A stretch of DNA of 64,000 nt, from positions 1-64,000 of the IMG/VR virus record IMGVR_UViG_3300045971_000163. The stretch is one strand, 5' to 3'. A program made the translations under genes and the position numbers. How positions within the stretch are numbered: position 1 is the stretch's first letter; every line of letters starts with the position of its first letter. The notes below the pieces were generated by a model. It was given only the letters and a program-made list of their open reading frames with translations, did no database searches and was not told the origin of the DNA. This DNA comes from a virus. This document shows, one piece after another, positions 44,667 through 54,822 of this stretch.

Positions 44667-45676
44667 TAGTTAATTTCAAACGGTATATCGTATGATATAA
44701 ACTTTTTAATCCATAGTACCATATTTTCTACATTATCGACATCTTTTTGCCATTGCTCTTCTAATTCTTGCAATTGTGCTACCGTGTTGTCGTCACTGAG
44801 ATCAATGAAATTTAATTTTCGTGCGTCAAGTATATGAGTTGGGCGAATAATTATGTCAGTGACATTCATAAAATGCATTGGAGCGACAGATATTCTAAAA
44901 AGTTCTAAATATTGTAAAACCCACAAGTGCAGCGATGGCGTAAATAACTGCATTCCGCCGCCAGTAGCGCATATATATCTAAACATTAGGCCATATGCAT
45001 AAAAAGCAGTTCTCCCAAAAACATTAAATTGATCAACGAATTGCTCAAACTTAATTACTTGTTTTTGTTCATCTTGACTCCAAAATGCCTGCATTGGTGT
45101 ATATGTAGTAGCAGCTTGTCTGTATACGGTATTCTGTGATACCCCGTTAATTGTGTGAAGTACACTCATACTATTAATTTGAAGGAGCATGTCAGGACGG
45201 GTTAAAATTATTACATCGAATTTAAAATTGCCCTCCTTTTCAAATTGCCTCATTGAATCAAATGATTTTTCATGCAAAAAAGCAACATATGAAAATTCTT
45301 CAACGGTAGGTGGTTCTCCCATTGTTGTGAAATGATTAACGATGTTAACCGTTGACACTACATTTATTTTAATACCTGCAACTAAATCAGTGAATTTGTC
45401 CCCAATGATAGTTAGCAATAACTTTTTTGTAATGCCAGTTTCTAAAAAACTATTAATTTTTTTCGGAAATATCGAGTAAGATTTATCCCAAGTAATAATT
45501 GAAATATAAATTTCTAAATTTGGTAAGGGGAATCCCTCACTTTCAATATTATGCTGCCGTATTATGCTTTTAATAAAGTCAGCATGCGAGTGTACAGCGT
45601 TTCTGTATTCTCTTAATTGGCCAACAAAAGTTAGTAAAATGCGATTTGGTTGCACGTTATCTTCATGTGTTTCCAA
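44666..45676 (-). CDS. hypothetical protein (GQLR...RPD motif, possibly sugar-modifying)
   Basis: FVGQLR; FDVIILTRPDM. Confidence 0.55.
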   Translation of the reverse strand: METHEDNVQPNRILLTFVGQLREYRNAVHSHADFIKSIIRQHNIESEGFPLPNLEIYISIITWDKSYSIFPKKINSFLETGITKKLLLTIIGDKFTDLVAGIKINVVSTVNIVNHFTTMGEPPTVEEFSYVAFLHEKSFDSMRQFEKEGNFKFDVIILTRPDMLLQINSMSVLHTINGVSQNTVYRQAATTYTPMQAFWSQDEQKQVIKFEQFVDQFNVFGRTAFYAYGLMFRYICATGGGMQLFTPSLHLWVLQYLELFRISVAPMHFMNVTDIIIRPTHILDARKLNFIDLSDDNTVAQLQELEEQWQKDVDNVENMVLWIKKFISYDIPFEIN

Positions 45677-46160
45677 AATTTATCCCCCTAATCATATTTT
45701 GGCTATTAAAAATATTTGCTATCAATTGATCATGCGAGTCCGGCGGCGTTCTAACTAAAAGTTGAAACAAAATCAACATTGCTCCAGTGGACCCATTAGC
45801 AGTAATAATGCCGGTGGGAAATGCGGCCAACACCCCACCATTGTGTAATTTTGATGCATGCAAACATCTTTCAGTGACGTTACCGGAAGGCGCTATTAAG
45901 GATTTAGATCTAATAACGTTGTGTTTATTAAAACATATAATAACTTGTTTATAATGAAAATGAGCTACACTTTTTAGAAATTCTGCTATGTCTACTTCCA
46001 TATCAACAAATTGATTAGATTCCGTTAACATGAAAATTTTTTCAGTTATGTAATTAATCCAAAGTAAATCTGTCGGAAATTCAGTAAAATCTTCACCAGT
46101 GGGGTCTACCGTTTCTAATACTATTTGCAATTCTATAGTTTTTGTGATAAAATTCTTCAT
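45663..46160 (-). CDS. hypothetical protein
   Basis: 165-aa AT-rich ORF in the operon. Confidence 0.55.
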   Translation of the reverse strand: MKNFITKTIELQIVLETVDPTGEDFTEFPTDLLWINYITEKIFMLTESNQFVDMEVDIAEFLKSVAHFHYKQVIICFNKHNVIRSKSLIAPSGNVTERCLHASKLHNGGVLAAFPTGIITANGSTGAMLILFQLLVRTPPDSHDQLIANIFNSQNMIRGINFGNT

Positions 46161-46163
46161 TAA

Positions 46164-47015
46164 TCAAAATCGTTGTATTAAATAATCTGCAATTGTTTTC
46201 TGACCATGCTTGTTATAGTGCCCACCAGCACATCGTAGATGTGATATTCCGAGGTTATCTCCCAAGTCTTCAAAATCTTCTGGAACAACGTCAGGTAATA
46301 TATTTCCATATCTTAAAATATCATATACTAATTGTTTCGTTGATGCTTGCACTTGCATTTTTCGGAAAATGTGCGGCACTGTAGGTATCAAATTTAAAAA
46401 TATTACTTTTTCTACATTATTTACTTTTAACAAATTTGCAGTGTCAACTAATGTCATTGCCCAACTTATTAAAAAATTAGTTACATTAAAATGTGTAATG
46501 AATTCTCTAGCAAATTCCTTTGAAAAATCATTTTGACTGTTTTCTACATTCCCGGGAAAAATTGAGCGCGAAGTAAATCTGCTTAACACAAATTCTAAAT
46601 CATCATTGCGATCTGTCAGCATATTTATCCACACATCGTTGTGCTCTAATAATTGCATAACTCGTGATGGAACTGTTACTCCAACAATCCACGCCGTATC
46701 TTTTGGGTCTACGCTCTTCTTCTTTAGTGATTCAATCAGCAAGTATGTTTGCAGTTTAATTCCTTCTTGACTCGCTCCTGACTGCGCGAAGTTTATATAA
46801 TCATACCCTAACTCTTTAGCCATCAATGACGTAAACCGCATGGTATCAAGTAACTCAAAATACCGGCGAAACATTGCTTGATCAACTGGAATATCAAATT
46901 CCAATGTGGTCATTTCGTCGTGTTTAAGATGCGAAAACTCGTCAGGATAATGTGTGCGTACAAGTTCAGCGCCAAAGATAAAACTATCCCCAACCGCGCA
47001 TAATGTTTTAGCCAT
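46164..47015 (-). CDS. SGNH-hydrolase-like protein
   Basis: VGDSFIFG, NFAQSGAS, GGHYNKHGQ. Confidence 0.6.
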   Translation of the reverse strand: MAKTLCAVGDSFIFGAELVRTHYPDEFSHLKHDEMTTLEFDIPVDQAMFRRYFELLDTMRFTSLMAKELGYDYINFAQSGASQEGIKLQTYLLIESLKKKSVDPKDTAWIVGVTVPSRVMQLLEHNDVWINMLTDRNDDLEFVLSRFTSRSIFPGNVENSQNDFSKEFAREFITHFNVTNFLISWAMTLVDTANLLKVNNVEKVIFLNLIPTVPHIFRKMQVQASTKQLVYDILRYGNILPDVVPEDFEDLGDNLGISHLRCAGGHYNKHGQKTIADYLIQRF

Positions 47016-48213
47016 GTAATAACCTCGCGAACTCGGGAAAAGTTTCCGCAAACGATGTATGACGCGATGCGTCTAATGCTGTATTAAACTGCAAGCCTTG
47101 TTCTAGTATATCGGTTCCTTTGCTACCGTTAAACATGTTAATCAACATATCTATTTTCCAGCCATCAAGCCCGTTGCATTTCAATAAAATTTCTCCCGTT
47201 AATGCTGCGGGCAGTGCACTCACAGATAAAAATGCTGGATCGTGTACGAAGTTCATGTGTACATGCAACCCACGAGCTTTCATAAACTCATGAAACTCTG
47301 GCAAATAATACACGTTCATCCAACTTACAGTTTGGCATACGCTTGTGTTAATCCACGGTATTGACTGTAACTTATCTAAGTTAGTAATAACATCATCCCA
47401 CTTAGTGCCACTGCGTATGTATTCATTACGGTTACCCAAGTCGTCAATGCTACATGATACCTGTACCGTTTTAAAGTAACTCCATAACTCAATCAAGTTG
47501 TCAGGCAAGTTGGTCATGTTTATGTTGTACCACAGTGTAATCTGCTTGTTCAACCCCCTATCAATTAAGCGTTCCAAATAATGCCAATGCTTTTCGACAA
47601 GAGTGGGTTCGCCACCGTTGATATACAGTAACTCAACGTCTTTGCTATGCTCTAATAAATCGTCCCAGAAAGCTTCACTTTCTGTCCAAGAAGCGTTGAT
47701 TTTCGCATCGTATTGTGTCACAAACTTCAGTTCTTGCTGTAGTTTCTTATACTCTGGAGCCCACTGTGTACTTGATGCTGGATTACATGTTCTGCATTTT
47801 ACATTACACAGATTACCTAAGCGTAGTTCAACAAACTTTAAGTTGACTGGTATTGTGCCGTCTGCTTGCGTTATAGCACGAGCCATATCTTCAGTGAACC
47901 CAAGTTTTTCGTTTTCCTCAATGCGTTTACTTCTTACTCCATTTGCTTCCTCACGATAGCACCGTAAACATGCACGAGGAGTTTCATTATTCAGCATTTG
48001 TAAGCGTGTTTGTTTATAGTAGTCGCTATTCATAATCTCGACTACCTTATTCTCGTTCAAGTTAAGATGTATGGGGCTATTTTTGGGATTACCATCAACA
48101 AAATTTCGAGCACTGTTCCTTGAATAAGTAAAGTCACTCACGCAGCAAAGCGTGACGCCACCATGCGGGTGCGTTGCTAAGTGTATCCACGGTAAACTAC
48201 AGTAAGTGCTCAT
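47008..48213 (-). CDS. radical SAM protein with N-terminal twitch/SPASM-like domain
   Basis: CSLPW...CC; CLRC; CNVKCRTC; GGEP. Confidence 0.9.
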   Translation of the reverse strand: MSTYCSLPWIHLATHPHGGVTLCCVSDFTYSRNSARNFVDGNPKNSPIHLNLNENKVVEIMNSDYYKQTRLQMLNNETPRACLRCYREEANGVRSKRIEENEKLGFTEDMARAITQADGTIPVNLKFVELRLGNLCNVKCRTCNPASSTQWAPEYKKLQQELKFVTQYDAKINASWTESEAFWDDLLEHSKDVELLYINGGEPTLVEKHWHYLERLIDRGLNKQITLWYNINMTNLPDNLIELWSYFKTVQVSCSIDDLGNRNEYIRSGTKWDDVITNLDKLQSIPWINTSVCQTVSWMNVYYLPEFHEFMKARGLHVHMNFVHDPAFLSVSALPAALTGEILLKCNGLDGWKIDMLINMFNGSKGTDILEQGLQFNTALDASRHTSFAETFPEFARLLHG

Positions 48214-49616
48214 ATGTTATTCCACCATTCAAGCAGTTTTGGGTTCTCTGCGTAAATATCTTCTATTGTACACGATGCCTCTCGTATCTCAGCAAGTTTT
48301 GACTGCCAACCCTTACCGTTTTTAGCACCTTGCTTGTATTCATTCGGGTATGCTTCTTCATGTGTTGGACGTGTCTTCATTGACTTGAGCGTATTGACTA
48401 GCGACATTTGTTTATGTGACGCTTTTGGTTCCATGTACGCAAGTAAGTCGTTAATCATTTCATCAAGTATTGCCCGCGGCCATGCCATGGGCGTAAACAT
48501 TATGTCAGCATGGAACGCGAACATTATTTTCGTCTCAATCCGCACATCAAGCTCTTGGCTTAGATCAAAAAACTCTTTGAGGCTAAACATGCCAGGGCCA
48601 GTGATGGTCAAATCCAAAATCATTTTGCTGTGGCCACCAGGCAGTGTTGTACCTTGCGTAAAGTTGTCTATCCAAGTTGCCCAGTTTAACCCAGTGCGTA
48701 TAAACTCTGCTATCTCGCCCACACCGTCCATGCTCGCGCACATCATCCAGTCTTTGAAGTGAGGCAGATAGTCATACAAGTTTTTGCCCTTATAACTCAC
48801 TCTGCTTAGGTTGGAGTTGTATCGTAGGTAGCAGTTTTTAGCAGACCCATTGCGCACCATTTCCTCTAATGCCCACCAGTGCATTTCATACATGAGAGGC
48901 TCACCGCCTACCCAATATATTTCCTCTACTATACCTCTGCTAATAGCATCCCTAAACTCAGGCTCAACTACCTCTTGCTGAAACGTTTGCATTGCAGTTT
49001 TTACTTCAGGAATCATAAACGGCTGGTTCTTAGGGTCCCATAAGTTGTGCTGTTTCTTTTCTACTTCCCAGCTTGAGCTAAGTTGTTCTCCACACATACG
49101 ACACTTAAAGTTACACAGGTTACTGTAGCGATAGTCAAAGCTAATGGGCTCCATTGTCGTGTGCCCAGTTTCGTCTGTACTGTCAAAGCATTGCTGTATT
49201 TTGTTGTTAAACAAAAAGCCGGTGAACCACTTCCTGTAAGAGCTGATGCTAAGGATGTCGTCATTACATACATCGCATTGTGGAATACGTTCACCAGCCA
49301 TTAGCTTTTTGCGTATGTCTTTCATGTACTCACTATTCCAATGCTCTTTAAGTGACACTGGATTGTAATCAGATAAAGCTGTCTTAGACTCGGTTACTGC
49401 ACCATACTTTGCATCGTTTGACGAGTCAATGTATTGCTTTTGGAAGCTATGCTCTTCACGTGACGCACAGCAAAGCCTACGTTCAGATTGTGGACTGATG
49501 TAAGTATGTGTCCATGGTGCAGTGCAGAACACCTTGTTAGGTGAGTCCGGACTGCATTGACCGTTTGCCCAAATTGGGATAACCTTGTATTGCTTTACAG
49601 CTTTTTTCTTAGCCAT
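48210..49616 (-). CDS. radical SAM protein with N-terminal twitch/SPASM-like domain
   Basis: CTAPW...CC; CDVC; CNFKCRMC; GGEP. Confidence 0.9.
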   Translation of the reverse strand: MAKKKAVKQYKVIPIWANGQCSPDSPNKVFCTAPWTHTYISPQSERRLCCASREEHSFQKQYIDSSNDAKYGAVTESKTALSDYNPVSLKEHWNSEYMKDIRKKLMAGERIPQCDVCNDDILSISSYRKWFTGFLFNNKIQQCFDSTDETGHTTMEPISFDYRYSNLCNFKCRMCGEQLSSSWEVEKKQHNLWDPKNQPFMIPEVKTAMQTFQQEVVEPEFRDAISRGIVEEIYWVGGEPLMYEMHWWALEEMVRNGSAKNCYLRYNSNLSRVSYKGKNLYDYLPHFKDWMMCASMDGVGEIAEFIRTGLNWATWIDNFTQGTTLPGGHSKMILDLTITGPGMFSLKEFFDLSQELDVRIETKIMFAFHADIMFTPMAWPRAILDEMINDLLAYMEPKASHKQMSLVNTLKSMKTRPTHEEAYPNEYKQGAKNGKGWQSKLAEIREASCTIEDIYAENPKLLEWWNNI

Positions 49617-51153
49617 TTTTTCCTAATGTATCGTTTGCAGTATCCCAGCCGTGGCCGTTATCTGTATCGTAATCTTCAGTAGTTGCAGGGTCGCCAGCGC
49701 GAGTACGCTCTGTTTCACTTGCGTATACTTGAGTAAGAATCTCAGTCGCAGTTGGTGTTTCAACATCAATACTATCTAAGAAGTCTACGAACTCTTTAGG
49801 GAAAGTAGCACGGAAGTCTTTGCCGCGACGAACGTCGTATTGTAAGTAAAAGTTCTTGAAGTCGTTGTATAACTTAGGAGTCTCTGCCGTGTTCTTATGC
49901 GGAGTTTTAACTACGTCTAAGTAGTCAACTAATCGTAATGTCTGAGCACGTTCCCAGTCGTTAAATATTTGTTGCCCGGTGTGGTCCTTTTCATCAGCAG
50001 TAATCTGCACGTTGTACCAGTCTTCTAACTTCACTTTGTACTTGTGTTTGATCTCTTCTGGTAGTATTGCGCAGGCTTGGAAGCTAGGGAATCGCAAAAT
50101 ATTAAGCGACATTGCACACCATTGCGCTCCATGCTTACGCTTAATAGCCAACATGTCGTCCATAAACTCAGTGATGCTTGCGAGGCAAAGGCTATTGATA
50201 GTCATCATACAATGAAGTCTACGGACGTTACCCTCAACAATAATGCGCTCAATGTTTGCTAACCATTGCTGATAATCCATACCATCGCGAATATACTCGC
50301 TGTGAGCACCAATGCTTTCATTACTTGTATAAATGTCAAACTGTGGAACATAATGGCTCATTGTAATGAGCTTGTCCAACAACGCTTTCTTGGGAACAAG
50401 ATTGGAGTTAACTGCATAGCGCATTTTTGCTCCTTTTTCAGGGTTTGCCTTAAACCAGTCAAACAACTTCCATACAGAGGGAGCCATGAGGGGTTCGCCT
50501 CCTGTAATCCGAATCTCTTCAAGATTATCTGACAGGCTGCTATTCCACCATTTCCAGAAGGCTTGGATGTAGGGATTGTCGTCGTCTTTTTCGGCGGCGT
50601 TTTCTGCCCACGGTGCTGTATCAATGAAGTGCCCTCGTCCATCAGATACGATGTTACGATAGGGACCAAACTTTTTAATGTCGCGTACCCAAGCAGTGCT
50701 AAAGGCAGGATTGCAATAAGAGCAAGAAAAATTGCAAGTGCGCTCAAAGCTAATTTCCAACGTCTTGAGATCGACATCCGCGTCCCACGGCATTTGTGTT
50801 GATTTGGTAATGTCTGCATCTTCGTAAATCTCTGTCTTAAATACACGGTCGCTAACATTATCACGATCCATATCCTCCACTTTCCAGCAGTATTCGCATT
50901 CGTGCGGTCGTGTGCCTTCTAACATCATCTTACGCATTTTCTTCTTGTGTTGCGTATTGTGGATGGCAGACGGGTTGTCTTTAATCTCGTCCAGATCAAT
51001 TTTGTGGGCTGGTGGGTGGTGACAACTTGTCGTCTGTCCATGCCCCAACCATATTGTTGCGTTATACCATTTTGCTGAACAGTACGAATCAGAAATAGGG
51101 TCAATGACCCTAACCTTAAACTCTTTTAGACTCTCGTTTGCTTTGCGACCCAT
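49609..51153 (-). CDS. radical SAM protein with N-terminal twitch/SPASM-like domain
   Basis: CSAKW...SCHHP; CEYCW; CNFSCSYC; GGEP. Confidence 0.9.
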   Translation of the reverse strand: MGRKANESLKEFKVRVIDPISDSYCSAKWYNATIWLGHGQTTSCHHPPAHKIDLDEIKDNPSAIHNTQHKKKMRKMMLEGTRPHECEYCWKVEDMDRDNVSDRVFKTEIYEDADITKSTQMPWDADVDLKTLEISFERTCNFSCSYCNPAFSTAWVRDIKKFGPYRNIVSDGRGHFIDTAPWAENAAEKDDDNPYIQAFWKWWNSSLSDNLEEIRITGGEPLMAPSVWKLFDWFKANPEKGAKMRYAVNSNLVPKKALLDKLITMSHYVPQFDIYTSNESIGAHSEYIRDGMDYQQWLANIERIIVEGNVRRLHCMMTINSLCLASITEFMDDMLAIKRKHGAQWCAMSLNILRFPSFQACAILPEEIKHKYKVKLEDWYNVQITADEKDHTGQQIFNDWERAQTLRLVDYLDVVKTPHKNTAETPKLYNDFKNFYLQYDVRRGKDFRATFPKEFVDFLDSIDVETPTATEILTQVYASETERTRAGDPATTEDYDTDNGHGWDTANDTLGKNG

Positions 51154-51155
51154 TG

Positions 51156-52685
51156 TTATCCTTTAGTGAATGCTTTCATGCACTCGATGTAATATTTACG
51201 CATTTCAGGGAACACTTCCATAAATTCTGTGTTGCGCCTGTTATCGTACTCAGTTATGAACTCGTAGAATGTCACTTTGTTTGTTAGTGTTTGCTGTGGT
51301 GGCAATTCCTGTTCCATTATAGCAAGATCACGTTTAACTTTCAATATCTCATATGGTTTGAATCCCTCAAACGTTGTAGAGTAATCGTCTTGCTGTACAT
51401 TCTCTTCCATAAACGCGAGCACTTCCTTTACTTGTTCAATGCCCCATTGTCCAGCATTTTGAATACTGAACCACGGAGGGTATCTCAAAATTGGTATATC
51501 GAACCAAATACGCTGATGCTTTTTAATCGTTACAGGCGGATGTTTGAAATCACCATTATCTGGCGGGTATATAACATAGTCCTCTTGCACACGACCACCA
51601 AACTCTTTGCGCAAGTCTAAAATCATTTGCAAAAACTGTCGCAGCGATGGAATACTTAGCAAGGTAAACGTGTTGATGAAACTAATACTTGAGTATTTTG
51701 TTTCACGCAAGTAAGTACGCACGTTAGCTAACATTTGCTCAAAGTCTAATCCAGTACGCATATACTCTGCTTGCTTACCATATCCGTCCACGCTGACAAA
51801 CACCATAAAGTGTTTGTATGCTGGCGCCACATACCAGTTATTTTGCGAGTTCTCGTTGAAGTTTTCTTTGTCTTCCCAAATACGAACTTCCTCTAATGCT
51901 TGCACTTTGCTTATAAACTTGGTAAACAGTTTCTGATCTGGAGGGCAAAAGTTGCTCGTAATAGATAGCTCAAGTTGTCCATTTGGATGTTCGTTTACAT
52001 AGTCAAGAACTTTAAAAGTGTTCTTGTCCATCAACGGCTCGCCACCCGTCATTCGGAATACTTTTAGCTGCCTATATATTGTAGGCCACCATTCCCAAAA
52101 TGCCGATACATACGGATTGTCTTTGTTTGCTACTTTAAGCGGCATCATACCGCGCTTGGCTAATGCGTCTATGTTATTGTGCGCACCAGTGCTCAACATG
52201 TAGGGACCAAACTTTTTAATCTCATCTTCCCATGTTGTGGACAAGTGTGGAGAGCAGTACATACATTTAAAATTGCATGCTTGGTTGAAGTTTACCTCTA
52301 CATAACGAGGGGTAACGCTTTCATCTATAGTGCCGCTTGCTACTTCGTTAAAGGTGGGCGCTGCCCACCATTCACTAGAACGGTAATGACGGTCAGATAA
52401 ATGGTCTCCTGCGTCCTCTACTTTCCAGCAGTAAGCACAGCCAGGTGGTCGCTCGCCAGCGATCATTTGCTTACGCTCGTGTATTTTTATTTTTGTATTG
52501 TGTAGCGCAGATGGTGATGCTGCTAACTCGTCTAGCGGAATAAGGTGCGCTGGCGGGTGATAACATGATTGTGTCATGCCTGCTGGCAAGTTGATGCTTA
52601 CTTGCTGCCATTTTGCTAGGCAGAGTGAAGGCGACACTGCATTTAACTTGGTTCGCATTTCTGCGGCAGCGTCATTATATTCCAT
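51156..52685 (-). CDS. radical SAM protein with N-terminal twitch/SPASM-like domain
   Basis: CLAKW...SCYHP; CAYCW; CNFKCMYC; GGEP. Confidence 0.9.
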   Translation of the reverse strand: MEYNDAAAEMRTKLNAVSPSLCLAKWQQVSINLPAGMTQSCYHPPAHLIPLDELAASPSALHNTKIKIHERKQMIAGERPPGCAYCWKVEDAGDHLSDRHYRSSEWWAAPTFNEVASGTIDESVTPRYVEVNFNQACNFKCMYCSPHLSTTWEDEIKKFGPYMLSTGAHNNIDALAKRGMMPLKVANKDNPYVSAFWEWWPTIYRQLKVFRMTGGEPLMDKNTFKVLDYVNEHPNGQLELSITSNFCPPDQKLFTKFISKVQALEEVRIWEDKENFNENSQNNWYVAPAYKHFMVFVSVDGYGKQAEYMRTGLDFEQMLANVRTYLRETKYSSISFINTFTLLSIPSLRQFLQMILDLRKEFGGRVQEDYVIYPPDNGDFKHPPVTIKKHQRIWFDIPILRYPPWFSIQNAGQWGIEQVKEVLAFMEENVQQDDYSTTFEGFKPYEILKVKRDLAIMEQELPPQQTLTNKVTFYEFITEYDNRRNTEFMEVFPEMRKYYIECMKAFTKG

Positions 52686-53641
52686 TACCAACCCTCAAGT
52701 TTCCTAATTACTGAAATCTCTGTCGTCATCAGTGCTAGGTTTTTGTGCCCTGTTGCGTAGTGGTGCTTGAAAAACTTTGATTGGTCGTAGTCGTAGTCAA
52801 CAATAGGCAGCGACAATTTTTGTTGTAACCCGTTCCATATGTCGCATTGCAAACTTGACCAATCACGAGAATCTATTTCTTGAAATTCAAACTCTACATC
52901 TTCCCACAGTTCTTCTAGTTTAGCAAAGTCTTGTACATCACGGTAGTCCCAGTCTTTGCCAAGCATAGTTAAGTAAGTGCCGTATCGTGCGCCCCACATC
53001 GCGTAGTTACCGTTCGTTACATCAGCACCAACACTCTGCCAGATACATAGATGGTCGTAGTTACGATTATGTACTTTTTCCTCAAACTCTTTGAGCGTGG
53101 GTTTTGCTCCACGGTCGAGGCACATTTTTACACCTTCCCTGAAGCCTGCTCTCCATGCTTGGAACGGTGAAGCGTTAGGGTAAGTGGTTGAGTAGCAGTT
53201 GTGCATGGCAATGTATTTTGGATCATAGCAAAACTCAACCGCAGTGTCATCACTACCATTGCTAGCCTCATGTGTTTTCATGTTGTAAACAAACTCTTTG
53301 CTCCAGCATGACATGCCACCGTTACCGTACATTAGTCCGTTGATGTGGTTACGGGCTTTCCAGCGAAATGCTTTACCCTTGTCCTCTACATCGTCTAGTG
53401 TAAGTTGTAGGTTAAAAAATTCTGCGTCAGGTAGATTATCGCCGTCAATGAGCACAAAGTAATCTGTGTCGCTTGCATCTGCCGCTGCCTTGTGCGCTGC
53501 ATCACTACCCTTAACCCCGTCTACTCGTTTTGCCCACGGCACCATGTTTTGAATCTTAATCCAAAACTCTTCTTTTTTCGGCTCATCAAACGTAAGGAAA
53601 ACGCAATCCAAATCCGCAATATCAATAATCTGTTTAGTCAT
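52685..53641 (-). CDS. glycosyltransferase-like protein (GT-A)
   Basis: FDEP, GVKGSDAAHK, IDGDN (DxD), NGLMYGNGG, AWRAGFREGVKM. Confidence 0.65.
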   Translation of the reverse strand: MTKQIIDIADLDCVFLTFDEPKKEEFWIKIQNMVPWAKRVDGVKGSDAAHKAAADASDTDYFVLIDGDNLPDAEFFNLQLTLDDVEDKGKAFRWKARNHINGLMYGNGGMSCWSKEFVYNMKTHEASNGSDDTAVEFCYDPKYIAMHNCYSTTYPNASPFQAWRAGFREGVKMCLDRGAKPTLKEFEEKVHNRNYDHLCIWQSVGADVTNGNYAMWGARYGTYLTMLGKDWDYRDVQDFAKLEELWEDVEFEFQEIDSRDWSSLQCDIWNGLQQKLSLPIVDYDYDQSKFFKHHYATGHKNLALMTTEISVIRKLEGW

Positions 53642-53990
53642 ATTTTATGTCGCTGTAATATTCGTGTTCAAAATCTTCGTCTTCTTCAAGTATCAACGCA
53701 GCATGTTTCTTTGCTACCTTATACTGATCGCCGCCTTGTGCAAGCTTTTTATATTTTGGCGACCTGTCAATCAATTTCAACTTGCCGTTCCGTACACAAT
53801 ACTCAAAAAAGTTATCGTACTCAACTCGTGTCACCACAATGTAGTTACCAGATTCTGGATGTTGCTGCATACAGCACATTATGATATCACCAGCATCATT
53901 ATAGTAAACTCTGTACTCTAACTCAAGTGGTTTGACTGGTTCTATTAGCTCAAATGCTTTTATTAGCTCATCTAAAGAGTTCATGCTCAT
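53634..53990 (-). CDS. hypothetical protein
   Basis: 118 aa; EYRVYYNDAGDI. Confidence 0.65.
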   Translation of the reverse strand: MSMNSLDELIKAFELIEPVKPLELEYRVYYNDAGDIIMCCMQQHPESGNYIVVTRVEYDNFFEYCVRNGKLKLIDRSPKYKKLAQGGDQYKVAKKHAALILEEDEDFEHEYYSDIKYD

Positions 53991-54822
53991 ACTCCTTAAT
54001 AATATCGTCCGTTACCCATTCTTTTTCGTGGTAGTGTACGGGATGATATTGATTTACAGTGCCAATACGCAACATTGGCAAATCAAGTTCAAATGTCGTA
54101 GTTTCGTGCCATGGTTTTTCTGGCCATTGATTGATAGCTGATTTCATGTGTACAAAGTTGATGAATTCTGCTGTAGGCAATGTACATTGTTCAACACCTA
54201 GCAGTTTAGCAGTTAACGCATACACCACATCAGTAGTTGGATGTGGATCTCTACAGTTTTTTAGTGTGTTGCTTACTGTATCCCAGTTTTCAAAAATCAT
54301 TCTCGCTACATTAAAAAATGTCGTTGAAAGTCGTGTGTATCTAAAATACATTAGCCCATTGTAAGTATCTGGCAACTGGTTGTCGTCAAATACACGGCGA
54401 TATTTTCTGCTCGTTGCTGTTTTTTGCTGATAGTCTTTACATCCAGTGCTTAACACTATATCACGCAACCTAAACGCATGCCACCAATGCGAAATACTTC
54501 TGGTGAATAAAATGTCGCTCTCTACTTTTATCGTTTCTTTAAACGGCGTTAGGTCGCCCACTTGCCACTCGTTGGACAACTTCCATTCTTCGTCTTTAGC
54601 AGTGTCGTTATCAATCAAAATAACATAGTCAAACACTTTCCTATGTTTGTTTGTTACTTCTTTCATTGTCTGCTCGTCAACTAGCACAGCATACTTTTCT
54701 GTTGGCATCGTTAGCTTAATGCTCATTGCTTGTAAGTATGCCAGCCGCAGATAATCTGTGTCGCTATTGTTTTGCGCAATAGTCACAAATCCTTTTTGCT
54801 CTTGGTGTGGTGTTATCCGCAT
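53968..54822 (-). CDS. glycosyltransferase-like protein (GT-A/GT8-like)
   Basis: DYLRLAY, TPFKETIKVESD, FVHMK. Confidence 0.6.
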   Translation of the reverse strand: MRITPHQEQKGFVTIAQNNSDTDYLRLAYLQAMSIKLTMPTEKYAVLVDEQTMKEVTNKHRKVFDYVILIDNDTAKDEEWKLSNEWQVGDLTPFKETIKVESDILFTRSISHWWHAFRLRDIVLSTGCKDYQQKTATSRKYRRVFDDNQLPDTYNGLMYFRYTRLSTTFFNVARMIFENWDTVSNTLKNCRDPHPTTDVVYALTAKLLGVEQCTLPTAEFINFVHMKSAINQWPEKPWHETTTFELDLPMLRIGTVNQYHPVHYHEKEWVTDDIIKEYEHELFR

